This document shows positions 16,314-24,725 of a stretch of 64,000 bases of DNA, piece after piece. The stretch lies in NCBI GenBank assembly GCA_964491475.1, contig CAZBFO010000002.1, positions 144,501 through 208,500 of the forward strand. The letters run 5' to 3'. Under the pieces are notes generated by a model, which was not told the DNA's origin, made no database searches, and worked only from the letters and a program-made list of their open reading frames with translations. The translations under genes were made by a program, and so were the position numbers. This DNA is from an uncultured Gammaproteobacteria bacterium (GTDB taxonomy: Bacteria > Patescibacteriota > Patescibacteriia > SG8-24). Each line of letters begins with the position of its first letter. Within the stretch, counting starts at the first letter, position 1.

Positions 16314-17141
16314 TTATGCGACATGCCGTTCCACCCAAACATTTGTTCCGTCATTCGTTCCGTAAAATGCTTCTTTCTTACTCAAAAGATTTTTTGCTGT
16401 TACGAATCTCTTTTGTTTTTTTGCCATCTCCCCATCAAAATTTATTTCGGTGGTGTATATGCTTGGAAATTTTCCGGAAGTCGTATCGGTAGGATTAGTA
16501 GGGTCGTAAATATAAACGTTGTCTCCTTGCCGAATAATAACGAAGCTATGCTCTTCGGAAAATTCCTCGTTTTTATTCCAAAGTACATCACCGCTGAAAT
16601 AAGTCGAAGGAACGCCTTCTCGCTGCAGGTATGCTTGAGCGAGCGCGGCGATTTCCGCACACTCGGCAGTATTCGCATTAAAAATATCGCTCAACTTAAC
16701 TTCTTTACCTTTCTCGCCATAAAGTTTTCGCCGCGCCTCCACTCTTCCAGGATTGTCAGGATATTTTTCTTCAAACTTTTTGGTAAACGCAAAAAGTGTT
16801 GCAAACAATTTTTCGTCAATTTCTATCCCTTGCGAACCCAGCCATTCTTTCAATTTTGGCAAATCATACTTACCAGCGAATTCGTGAGCTTCACCGAGAA
16901 ATTGCTTCAGATTTTCAAAATCCCCAGTAACTTTGATATCTGCCTCGGTAGAAAAAATACTTTCACCGCCAACAGGGATACGATCTCCTTCGTCGAACTT
17001 GGATATTTCAAAGCAATGTCCGAAAAGCTTTTTTATTTTTTCTACTTTCTCGGCTTCAGCTTCCGGAGTCGGAGCTTGTTCTTCTGGATTAAATTTTGGC
17101 CCGTTTTCTGTGCTCATATATTTGTTCAGTTCGCATCCCAT
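16314..17141 (-). CDS. transglutaminase-like (papain-fold) Cys-His-Asp domain protein
   Basis: NTAECAEIAALAQAYLQREGVPSTYFSG (Cys within the conserved helix) ... EEHSFVIIRQGDNVYIYDPTN (His, then Asp). This reproduces the transglutaminase-like core order and spacing. The gene is AT-rich (about 45% GC) against a 65% background. Confidence 0.5.
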   Translation of the reverse strand: MGCELNKYMSTENGPKFNPEEQAPTPEAEAEKVEKIKKLFGHCFEISKFDEGDRIPVGGESIFSTEADIKVTGDFENLKQFLGEAHEFAGKYDLPKLKEWLGSQGIEIDEKLFATLFAFTKKFEEKYPDNPGRVEARRKLYGEKGKEVKLSDIFNANTAECAEIAALAQAYLQREGVPSTYFSGDVLWNKNEEFSEEHSFVIIRQGDNVYIYDPTNPTDTTSGKFPSIYTTEINFDGEMAKKQKRFVTAKNLLSKKEAFYGTNDGTNVWVERHVA

Positions 17142-17244
17142 TGGCCCGCTACCCTAAAAATCATCAGATTTATTACTAAATTTGCTGGCGGTGTACGCGA
17201 GTTCAGTACCCTGTATGTACGGACAATGCGTCCAGGTTGACGCG

Positions 17245-17781
17245 TCAGATGTCTAAAGCGTAGACAGCTTCGTGCTCCACGTCGGCGACGGAGCTGCGGT
17301 CGTGCAGCAGATGCAGCATCCGGATGATCCCGCTGTGCGTCACGACGAGCGGCTTCTTCCAGCGGCCGCCACGCAGGCTGTCGACGAACCGCGTCAGCCG
17401 TTCCTGCACCTGCGCCGCCGATTCGCCCCCGAACTCCCGATAGTCAAACAGCTGCGCTCGGTCCTTTTCACGGATGTCCGGGCCGAGTTTGGCCTTCACG
17501 TCCTCCCACGTCAGCCCCTCCAAGGTCCCGAAATGTCGCTCACGAATGTCTTCATCTTGCACGAGCGGGAGGTTGAGCTGCTCTCGAAAGATCTCCGCCG
17601 TCTGGCACGCTCTTTTCAGCGGCGAACTCACGATGACGTCAAATGTCTCCCTGGATAGTTTGGCGAGCAGCGTCCGGGATTCGGCGATACCATCTTCGTT
17701 CAACACCGGATCGGACCACCCCGAAATCCGCTTATCGCGACCCCAGTCGGTTTTGCCGTGTCGCACGAGGACGATGCGCAT
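17245..17781 (-). CDS. histidine phosphatase family protein (phosphoglycerate mutase-like)
   Basis: RHG catalytic motif (IVLVRHGKTDW) and C-terminal VVTHSGIIR. Confidence 0.85.
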   Translation of the reverse strand: MRIVLVRHGKTDWGRDKRISGWSDPVLNEDGIAESRTLLAKLSRETFDVIVSSPLKRACQTAEIFREQLNLPLVQDEDIRERHFGTLEGLTWEDVKAKLGPDIREKDRAQLFDYREFGGESAAQVQERLTRFVDSLRGGRWKKPLVVTHSGIIRMLHLLHDRSSVADVEHEAVYALDI

Positions 17782-17865
17782 ATGTGCGAAGGGTTATCAA
17801 TGGAAACCTTCATCGGCCTGACCCCGCACCCGAATGCACGCGAGTCGCACGATAAGAACTTGTCG

Positions 17866-17953
17866 TGGCGGAGGGGGTGGGATTCGAACCCACGGAACCT
17901 TTCAGTTCGGCAGATTTCAAGTCTGCTGCCTTAGACCGCTCGGCCACCCCTCC
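17866..17953 (-). tRNA. tRNA-Ser (anticodon UGA)
   Basis: Reverse complement is GGAGGGGTGGCCGAGCGGTCTAAGGCAGCAGACTTGAAATCTGC...GTGGGTTCGAATCCCACCCCCTCCGCCA. Anticodon loop is CUUGAAA. It has a long variable arm, a TpsiC loop and an encoded CCA. Confidence 0.85.
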
Positions 17954-18058
17954 ACGTGTCCGTAGTGTACGGTCGGAGGCCCATTTTATCAATACTTTAG
18001 CCTTATCTTCAGCCCTTCACAAAAACGGGTCGAGCCGATAGTATGTCCGTACAAACGG

Positions 18059-18147
18059 GGAGGGCTGCGCCGAATGGTAAGGCACCAGTTTGCTAAACTG
18101 TGACTCCGCAAGGAGTCTTGTGGGTTCGAGCCCCACGTCCTCCGCCA
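18059..18147 (+). tRNA. tRNA-Ser (anticodon GCU)
   Basis: GGAGGGCTGCGCCGAATGGTAAGGCACCAGTTTGCTAAACTGTGACTCCGCAAGGAGTCTTGTGGGTTCGAGCCCCACGTCCTCCGCCA. Anticodon loop is UUGCUAA. It has a long variable arm (GACUCCGCAAGGAGUC), a TpsiC stem-loop and CCA. Confidence 0.8.
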
Positions 18148-18150
18148 GAA

Positions 18151-18177
18151 AGACGTCTCATGCGAGACGTCTTTTTG
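18151..18177 (+). terminator. rho-independent terminator after tRNA-Ser
   Basis: agacgtctc-atgc-gagacgtct followed by ttttt. Confidence 0.75.
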
Positions 18178-18236
18178 ATTGCGCGCGTTGACCGCCGCGC
18201 TTTTTGTTGCTTCACTCTTTTTTGGGAGAACCGTTC

Positions 18237-19253
18237 ATGACAAGCATGGTCCAATCCTTTCCGCTCATTTCCGTTTCGGGCGAACCGTACGAGCGCGGGC
18301 AGAGTTACGGTCGGCAGTGCGCGCAACGCATCGCCGCCGTCATCGGTTACTATCGCGGGCGCATCCGGCTCCCGGAATCGCGCATAAGCGCGGTCTCCAG
18401 AGCGGCGCTCACGGCCACGCACCTGCGCGCTCCCGAACTTCGGGAAGAGATGCGCGGCATCGCCCAGGGCGCCGGCGTTTCCGAGCTGGACATCGGTCTG
18501 CTCAATGCCCGCAGCGAGCTCATCGATGCCGACGAATGCACTTCTGCCGCCCTTCCGTCCGCAAGACTGATGGGCCAGACGTGGGACTGGTCGGCGCGGC
18601 TGACCGAATTGACCGTTCTGCTGCATGTGACCAGGCCGGACGGCCTGCGGCTGCTGATGCTGGTCGAGCCGGGCATGGTGGGGAAGATCGGTCTGAGCTC
18701 CGTCGGCCTCGGCGTGTGCATCAACTTCCTCAAGAATCCCGAGCCGGCCGGAGGCGGACTGCCGTTCCATGTGCTGTCGCGCGTGGCGCTCGAGGCTCCG
18801 TCCGCCGATGCGGCCGTCGACGTCATCAGCCGCAACGATCGCGGCTGTGCGGGGCACCTGCTCGTTTCCGACGGGCGAGGCGTCGCTGCCAGCATCGAGC
18901 TGTCCGGCAGGGACATGAGCGTCGAACGCTCCAGCGTCTACGGGCTCTGTCACACCAATCATTACGTGCGGCGCACCGGCCGGCGCCGCGGTCTCCTCCG
19001 CGATTTCGATTCGCGGGCCCGGTTGGACCGCGTCGGCATGGACCTGTGCGAGGCGGCTGCGGCCGAGTCGTCCTTGCAGCTCGTTTTGAGTGACAGCCGC
19101 GGATTCTTTCCGGTCTGCAAGCCGAGGGGCTCGCGTTTCATGAAAGATCCGGTCGTTACGGTTGCCGTGCTTACCATGGACCTGCGGCTCGGACGCCTTT
19201 CCGTCCGTCCCGGACAGGCGGAGGACGCGCCGTTCGCGGAATACCATGTCTAG
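18237..19253 (+). CDS. peptidase C45 / acyl-CoA:6-aminopenicillanic-acid acyltransferase family protein
   Basis: ISVSGEPYERGQSYG N-terminal region. DECTSA carries the autoproteolytic Cys nucleophile. GH..L.SDG region follows. A GGGAGAA ribosome-binding site precedes ATG 18237. Confidence 0.65.
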   Translation: MTSMVQSFPLISVSGEPYERGQSYGRQCAQRIAAVIGYYRGRIRLPESRISAVSRAALTATHLRAPELREEMRGIAQGAGVSELDIGLLNARSELIDADECTSAALPSARLMGQTWDWSARLTELTVLLHVTRPDGLRLLMLVEPGMVGKIGLSSVGLGVCINFLKNPEPAGGGLPFHVLSRVALEAPSADAAVDVISRNDRGCAGHLLVSDGRGVAASIELSGRDMSVERSSVYGLCHTNHYVRRTGRRRGLLRDFDSRARLDRVGMDLCEAAAAESSLQLVLSDSRGFFPVCKPRGSRFMKDPVVTVAVLTMDLRLGRLSVRPGQAEDAPFAEYHV

Positions 19254-19258
19254 CTTTC

Positions 19259-19283
19259 AACGCGCCTCGGGGCGCGTTTTTTG
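19259..19283 (+). terminator. rho-independent terminator
   Basis: aacgcgcc-tcgg-ggcgcgtt followed by tttt. Confidence 0.75.
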
Positions 19284-19305
19284 TTTTGTGCTATCCTTGC
19301 CATGT

Positions 19306-19548
19306 ATGAAAGCGAGTCTCGTCGAGTGCGTCGGATGGTACGGCATGGCCGCGGTAGTTCTGGCTTATGCGCTGGTCAGTTTTTCGGTGCTGCGGAGTTC
19401 CGACGTTTCCTATCAGCTGCTCAACATCACCGGTTCGGTCGGTTTGGCCGTCGTGTCGTTCAAAAAGAAGGCGTATCAGCCGGGCGTGCTGAACGTGATC
19501 TGGATGCTCATCGCGCTCGCGGCCTTGGCGAGGATGGCCCTCCGCTGA
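19306..19548 (+). CDS. small two-helix membrane protein (80 aa)
   Basis: MKASLVECVGWYGMAAVVLAYALVSF...LLNITGSVGLAVVSF...VIWMLIALAALARM. Located just upstream of aroK. Confidence 0.4.
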   Translation: MKASLVECVGWYGMAAVVLAYALVSFSVLRSSDVSYQLLNITGSVGLAVVSFKKKAYQPGVLNVIWMLIALAALARMALR

Positions 19549-19555
19549 AACCGAT

Positions 19556-20065
19556 ATGATTGTCACCCTCATCGGCATGCCCGGTTCGGGGAAGTCCTCG
19601 GTCGGCAAGGCCCTGGCCGCAAAGTTGGGCCTTTCGTTCGTCGATACCGACAAGGTCATTGAGGCCGCGCACGGCAAGCGCCTGCAGGAGGTGCTCGACG
19701 GCTTGGGCGGCGGACGTTTTTTGGAGGTCGAGGCGGACGCGGTGGCGGCAAGTTTGCGGCAGGGAACGGTCGTCGCCCCGGGCGGCAGCATCGTCTACTC
19801 CGAGGGTGCCATGCGCCAAATCTCTGCCGCATCGACGGTGGTGTACTTGCGCTGCGGATTGGCGGTGCTGGAACGGCGCATCGGCGGGAAGCCTCGGGGA
19901 ATCGTGGGCGGCGCGGCGAAGACCTTGGCGGAATTGTATGCCGAGCGCGCGCCGCTGTATGAAAAGTGGGCGCTGCTGACCGTGGACGGGGAGTCCCAGG
20001 CAGAGACCCTGGCGGACTCGATCGCCGTCTCGTTGCGGCATATGGCGAACGGTCGCCGTACGTAG
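19556..20065 (+). CDS. aroK: shikimate kinase
   Basis: Walker A GMPGSGKSSVGKALA, a DTD motif, and a size of about 170 aa. Confidence 0.9.
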   Translation: MIVTLIGMPGSGKSSVGKALAAKLGLSFVDTDKVIEAAHGKRLQEVLDGLGGGRFLEVEADAVAASLRQGTVVAPGGSIVYSEGAMRQISAASTVVYLRCGLAVLERRIGGKPRGIVGGAAKTLAELYAERAPLYEKWALLTVDGESQAETLADSIAVSLRHMANGRRT

Positions 20066-20087
20066 CAAAAAAAGGTATACTGTGACC

Positions 20088-21455
20088 ATGCGTACGTCTT
20101 TTTCCGGAAAATGGCATGCTCTCCTTCGGATGTCGGTCGTCGCTGCGTCTGCCGCTTTTTTTGCGCTCAGTTTGGCTGCGCAACCGGCCGCCGCGCTTTT
20201 GCCCAACGAGCTGCAGTTCACCAAGGACGTGGACGTGAACTTCGTGACCTCTGACACCGGCGTGCTGACGCGCGTGGTCGAGTCCAGCGGCGGCAAGGTG
20301 TCGTTCGTCGACGTGCGCGCCGATTACATGGAGATTACCCTCGATGCCGGTTCGCTTATGACGCTGACTGCGGTCGGTGCCAGCCGGCGCCTGGTCATCA
20401 CCCGGCAGTCCGGTTCGCATGACTTCTCCGTTTCGCCGAGCTGCCCTACGACCACCGCAACGCTTTCCGGTACCGGCGGTACGGCGGTGTTGCGCGTACA
20501 GGTAGTGACCTCCGGCGGCTGCACCGAGGCGGGAATGGATGGCGTTGGCGCGGTAGCGCAACCGACGTCGACTTCGACGGCTCCGGCGACCGGCGGCGGC
20601 GATGCGGCGACCGCCTCCTTGTCAGCGGTCGGCGTCGTTCCGCACGACCTCATTAAGCTGCCCAGCGACAACGACCCCAGGACGCAGCAGGACTCCACCG
20701 TGTACTATGTGGGTGCAGACGGGCGACGACACGCCTTCCCTGACGGTCGAGTCTATGCCAGCTGGTACTGCGATTTTTCCCGGGTGAAGACGGTTTCGTC
20801 GGAGGTGATGGCCAAGATTCCGCTGGGAAAGAACGTCGTCTACCGCTCCGGCCTGCGTCTGGTGAAGTTCGTCAGCGTGCCGACAGTGTATCTGGTACAG
20901 CCCGCGGCCGCGCTTCGTGCCGTCGCGGACGAGGCATCGGCGCAGGCGCTGATGGGCGAGGGCTGGGCGAAGACCGTCTCCGACATCGCCGATGGCAATT
21001 ACGTCGACTATCGCATTGGTGACCCGTTGCCGGCTCTGGCGGCTGCCGATGCGGCCGGCTACGACACTTCCGCCACCTATCCAAGCGGCAATATGGGCAT
21101 TGCCGGCTATGTCGATCCGGGCAACGTCGGCGGCACCATCCGTTGCGCGACAGTGCCGGCCGCCGGCGTTCTCGCGCTTTCACGGGGTTCGTTGCCGCTG
21201 GTTCCTAAGACCTTCGTATTCGATCAGCTTCTCTCGGTGAACGCGTTTGATCCGCAGCAGGTGCGCTACTTGCAGATGCTGCTTTCCGCCTTGGGCAAAG
21301 GCATCTACCCGGAACAGGTGGTCAACGGCAACTTCGGTCCCGCCACGCAGGCGGCAGTGAAGCGCTTCCAGGCAGCCAACGGCATCGAGCAAAAGGGATA
21401 CGTCGGAGAGATGACCCGCGCGGCACTGAACAGGCTGCTCGAAGAGACCCGATAA
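20088..21455 (+). CDS. secreted protein with C-terminal peptidoglycan-binding (PG_binding_1) domain
   Basis: Signal-like VVAASAAFFALSLAAQPAAA. The C-terminus reads LQMLLSALGKGIYPEQVVNGNFGPATQAAVKRFQAANGIEQKGYVGEMTRAAL, which is the PG-binding repeat signature. Confidence 0.6.
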   Translation: MRTSFSGKWHALLRMSVVAASAAFFALSLAAQPAAALLPNELQFTKDVDVNFVTSDTGVLTRVVESSGGKVSFVDVRADYMEITLDAGSLMTLTAVGASRRLVITRQSGSHDFSVSPSCPTTTATLSGTGGTAVLRVQVVTSGGCTEAGMDGVGAVAQPTSTSTAPATGGGDAATASLSAVGVVPHDLIKLPSDNDPRTQQDSTVYYVGADGRRHAFPDGRVYASWYCDFSRVKTVSSEVMAKIPLGKNVVYRSGLRLVKFVSVPTVYLVQPAAALRAVADEASAQALMGEGWAKTVSDIADGNYVDYRIGDPLPALAAADAAGYDTSATYPSGNMGIAGYVDPGNVGGTIRCATVPAAGVLALSRGSLPLVPKTFVFDQLLSVNAFDPQQVRYLQMLLSALGKGIYPEQVVNGNFGPATQAAVKRFQAANGIEQKGYVGEMTRAALNRLLEETR

Positions 21456-21466
21456 GCGACACCGCC

Positions 21467-21904
21467 ATGGAACTCCGTTCCGAACACATCACTTTCCTGA
21501 TCGTGCATCACACCGCGACCTCGCGCGACCTGACCACGGCCGAGGCGGTGCGCCGCTATCACGTGGAGAGCAGGGGGTGGGGAGACATCGGTTACCACTA
21601 CTTCATCGAGGCCGACGGGCGCCTGCGGAAGGGGAGGCCGGATAACGTCCGCGGGGCGCATTGCCGGGCGGACGAAATGAACGGCAAGTCGTTGGGTATC
21701 TGCCTGGCAGGCCACTTCGACCTGGAGCCGCCGACTATCGAGCAGATGATCACCCTGGCCGCACTGCTCAAGGCGCTGATGAGCAAGTACGAGGTGCCCG
21801 CAGGAAAGGTACTTGGTCACTGCGAGGTGCCGGGGACCGACACCTCCTGCCCGGGCGAAGTCATGCGCGAGTGGGTCAAGATTTTCCGGGCCGAGAACGC
21901 CTAG
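21467..21904 (+). CDS. N-acetylmuramoyl-L-alanine amidase (amidase_2/PGRP fold)
   Basis: LIVHHTAT, GYHYFI, and the C-terminal HCEV...TSCPG zinc ligands. Confidence 0.85.
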   Translation: MELRSEHITFLIVHHTATSRDLTTAEAVRRYHVESRGWGDIGYHYFIEADGRLRKGRPDNVRGAHCRADEMNGKSLGICLAGHFDLEPPTIEQMITLAALLKALMSKYEVPAGKVLGHCEVPGTDTSCPGEVMREWVKIFRAENA

Positions 21905-21941
21905 AAAAAAGAGACGCCCGGGAAATCCCGGACGTCTTTTT
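21905..21941. terminator. bidirectional terminator hairpin
   Basis: aaaaaa, then gagacgcccggg-aaat-cccggacgtct, then ttttt. Confidence 0.65.
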
Positions 21942-23355
21942 AAGTGATGTCCTGACGCGTGCCGTCGGCGTTCTCGTGCATGCCCCTGGTGAACCAGCCG
22001 CGGAAGGCGATCATCACCAACGGACCGGCGATGGCGAAGGCGCCGAGCAGCAGCCACATCATCTCGGGCGAATCGCCGTAGCCGAGCGCACGGCTGGCGA
22101 TGACGTCGTGCAGCGGGCGCGAAACGCCGTCGACGGTCAGGCTTTCCGGGCACCAGCGCGTCAGCAGCAGGCCGGAGACGAATCCCGCCACTGTCTTGCC
22201 GATGAACCACGGTAGCGCCGCGAAGGAAGAGTATGCCCCCTCCTGTCCGTGCGGCGCGATGGCGATGATGTAGTGCGACAGCCGCGGCGAGAACATCATC
22301 TCGCCGAAGGCGAAGACGCACATCGACACCGCGCTCATGGCGTAGTAGGCGGTGTTGACGTCGTTGCTGACCCAATACCACGGCAACGCCAGCGGCAGGA
22401 AGCTGATGCCGGAGACCAGCGCTCCGAACGTCAGCATCTTGAAGGTGCTGAAGCGGTTGATGACCGGCACGAGCAGCAGCAAGCCGATGATGATCACCAG
22501 CGGGTTGATGGCGGTCAGCAGGCCCACTCGCGCCGAGTGACCGATGGTACGGTACCAGTACTTGGGGGACAGCACCGTCCAGTACAGGAAGGCCGCGCGC
22601 ACTCCGGTGAGCAGCGTGACCGCGCTCATCATGCGCAGGAAGGCGGCGTGGCGGACGACGTCCTTCACGTAGAGCCAGCGTCTGCGCCAGCCGTCGGCGG
22701 CATGCGCTCGCTTGGGCGCGACAGGTTCGCGGGAGGAGTCGTCGCGAATCCAGAACATGGCCATTGGCAGCGCGACGATCGCGTCGAAAAGGCCGAAGGT
22801 GATGATCCAGGCGAAGTCGAGCTTGAGCGAGAGGTGGATGAAGTCCACCAGCAGGCCTGCGCCGACGGCGCCGACGTTCACCACGATGTACCAGACGTTG
22901 AATGCCGCGCCCTGCGAACGGGGAGTGGAGAAGCGCCGATTGCCGACATGGTTGACGGTGGAACGCACCGCGCCGGGCAGGCAGCCCGACACCAGGCAGG
23001 CGACGAAGACGGCGTTTCGGTGCGGCATGGCCGTCCAGAATGCCGCGGCGGTCAGCGTGCCGCGGATGAGCAGGGCGCCGACCAGCGCGCCGTACAGCGA
23101 CTTCTTGATGCCGAAACGGTCGATGATCGGCCCGGCGGCGAAAAGGAAGACGGAGGTGGCGATTCCCAGCCAGGTGATGACCGCGCCCGCGGCCATGTCG
23201 CTGTAGCCCAGGTTCTTGCTCATGAACACCGTCGCCACGGTGACCGAGGCGAAGGCGTAGACGCAGTCGAGCAAGTTGATCGCCTGCACGCCCCAGTACT
23301 CGCGCCGCGCTTCCTTGAGCACGGCAAAATCCTTGAGATAGGCCCGCAGTTCCAT
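21940..23355 (-). CDS. MFS transporter
   Basis: Twelve hydrophobic segments. An MFS-type loop GPIIDRFGIKKSL lies after TM2. Confidence 0.8.
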   Translation of the reverse strand: MELRAYLKDFAVLKEARREYWGVQAINLLDCVYAFASVTVATVFMSKNLGYSDMAAGAVITWLGIATSVFLFAAGPIIDRFGIKKSLYGALVGALLIRGTLTAAAFWTAMPHRNAVFVACLVSGCLPGAVRSTVNHVGNRRFSTPRSQGAAFNVWYIVVNVGAVGAGLLVDFIHLSLKLDFAWIITFGLFDAIVALPMAMFWIRDDSSREPVAPKRAHAADGWRRRWLYVKDVVRHAAFLRMMSAVTLLTGVRAAFLYWTVLSPKYWYRTIGHSARVGLLTAINPLVIIIGLLLLVPVINRFSTFKMLTFGALVSGISFLPLALPWYWVSNDVNTAYYAMSAVSMCVFAFGEMMFSPRLSHYIIAIAPHGQEGAYSSFAALPWFIGKTVAGFVSGLLLTRWCPESLTVDGVSRPLHDVIASRALGYGDSPEMMWLLLGAFAIAGPLVMIAFRGWFTRGMHENADGTRQDIT

Positions 23356-23496
23356 GCTTTTCGTTTCCGTCTTTGGGAAAAGAGCCGTATGCAGTTGACC
23401 ATGAACCTGATCGAAATGAAAGGCATCCCGCAGGCGGCTTGTCGGTTTCCTCCAAGATGCTATTCTCTCCGTAGCTATTCATCTATCTGCATCACT

Positions 23497-23895
23497 ATGG
23501 CCAACGGCGTCGTACACTTTGAAATTCACGCGGAGAACCCCGAACGCGCAGCCGATTTTTACACCAAGGTCTTCGGCTGGGACATCAAGAAGTGGGAGGG
23601 CGGTTCCATGGAATATTGGATGGTGATGACCTGCCCCAAGGATGCGCCCAACGCCATCAACGGCGGCCTGATGCGCAGGATGGGTGCCTCTCCGGTCGGC
23701 GGGGAGCCGGTAAATGCCTACGTCTGCACCTTGCTGGTCGACAATTTCGACGAGTCGGCGGCCAAGATTACGGCGCATGGCGGCACGGTGGCGCTGCCCA
23801 AGATGGCCATTCCCGGCATGGCTTGGCAGGGGTATTTCAAGGACACCGAGGGCAACATCTTCGGCATTCATCAGCCCGATACCAACGCGAAATAG
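23497..23895 (+). CDS. VOC family protein (glyoxalase/bleomycin-resistance fold)
   Basis: VVHFEIHAENPERAADFYTKVFGW ... GNIFGIH. Confidence 0.8.
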   Translation: MANGVVHFEIHAENPERAADFYTKVFGWDIKKWEGGSMEYWMVMTCPKDAPNAINGGLMRRMGASPVGGEPVNAYVCTLLVDNFDESAAKITAHGGTVALPKMAIPGMAWQGYFKDTEGNIFGIHQPDTNAK

Positions 23896-23900
23896 AGGAA

Positions 23901-23928
23901 ACGGCCCTTGATGGGCCGTCTTTCTTTA
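23901..23928 (+). terminator. rho-independent terminator
   Basis: acggccc-ttgat-gggccgt followed by ctttcttt. Confidence 0.65.
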
Positions 23929-24013
23929 CTTGTCCTTATCCACGTCCGGATGCTGGCAAGAAGGCCGGAAATGCGGTATATATGAAGAGTAAGCAAGACT
24001 ATGCTTTTGCCTT

Positions 24014-24535
24014 ATGGCAGTTAAAAAGGTTCAAGAAATACCGCTGGAACAGCTCGAGGGCGCCTTCGGACCGGAGCAGATCGGTTGGGAGGTCAAGGAG
24101 TACCGCCGTTACCAACGCGGTCGCCTTTGGCATCTCCTGATGGGCCTCGCGGGCGTCGGCCTCTTGATTTATACGGTGGCTTCTGCTAACTTTCTCTTCG
24201 CGCTCATCATCATGATGTTCGCGTTGATCATCTACGTCACTTCCGTCGTCGAACCGCGGACCGTCAGGTTCGCAGTGACCGACTCGGGCGTGCGGTTCGG
24301 CAGGACCATACGAAGGTTCCGCGATGCCAGCCGTTTCTGGCTCGTCTATGAACCGCCAGAGGTGAAGTCCCTGTACATCGAGTTCAAGGGCATGACCTCG
24401 CCCCGCATGGTCGTTGATCTCGGCGAAATGAACCCGAACGAGGTCAGGAACATCCTAGGTCAGTTCATCCGGGAAGATCTCGAGGAAGACATCGAACCGT
24501 TCTCCGATTTCATCGGACGGGTGCTCAAGATTTAG
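24014..24535 (+). CDS. hypothetical membrane protein
   Basis: Two adjacent TM helices (LLMGLAGVGLLIYTV, FLFALIIMMFALIIYV), then a soluble domain. Confidence 0.45.
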   Translation: MAVKKVQEIPLEQLEGAFGPEQIGWEVKEYRRYQRGRLWHLLMGLAGVGLLIYTVASANFLFALIIMMFALIIYVTSVVEPRTVRFAVTDSGVRFGRTIRRFRDASRFWLVYEPPEVKSLYIEFKGMTSPRMVVDLGEMNPNEVRNILGQFIREDLEEDIEPFSDFIGRVLKI

Positions 24536-24549
24536 GTGCAGCGCATCGT

Positions 24550-24626
24550 GCGTCCGTAGCTCAGTTGGATAGAGCGCAGCCCTGCGAAGGCTGAGGTCCG
24601 ACGTTCGAATCGTCGCGGACGCACCA
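24550..24626 (+). tRNA. tRNA-Arg (anticodon read as GCG)
   Basis: GCGTCCGTAGCTCAGTTGGATAGAGCGCAGCCCTGCGAAGGCTGAGGTCCGACGTTCGAATCGTCGCGGACGCACCA shows a canonical cloverleaf with CCA. Anticodon loop is CUGCGAA. A GCG anticodon is unusual for bacteria, where ACG is typical. Confidence 0.8.
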
Positions 24627-24633
24627 CGAAAAC

Positions 24634-24658
24634 ACGCCAGCATGTCTGGCGTTTTTTC
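24634..24658 (+). terminator. rho-independent terminator
   Basis: acgccag-catgt-ctggcgt followed by tttttt. Confidence 0.8.
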
Positions 24659-24725
24659 GTTGCGCCGCGGAGGGCGAGAAATAAAAAAGCACCGTGCAGA
24701 AAGTCTGCACGGTGCGAAGCGGCGA

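Noticed and set aside
22249-23496. A 548-aa plus-strand ORF spanning the MFS transporter antisense
   Set aside because: Only its last 133 codons (23497-23895) form a real VOC-family gene. The rest is antisense to a convincing 12-TM MFS transporter and is Arg/Asp/His-rich.
24550-24626. tRNA-Arg with anticodon GCG, unusual for bacteria
   Set aside because: The cloverleaf is canonical, so I kept it as a tRNA. I did not raise the anticodon oddity to a finding because a single-base misreading on my part (ACG versus GCG) cannot be excluded without tRNAscan-SE.
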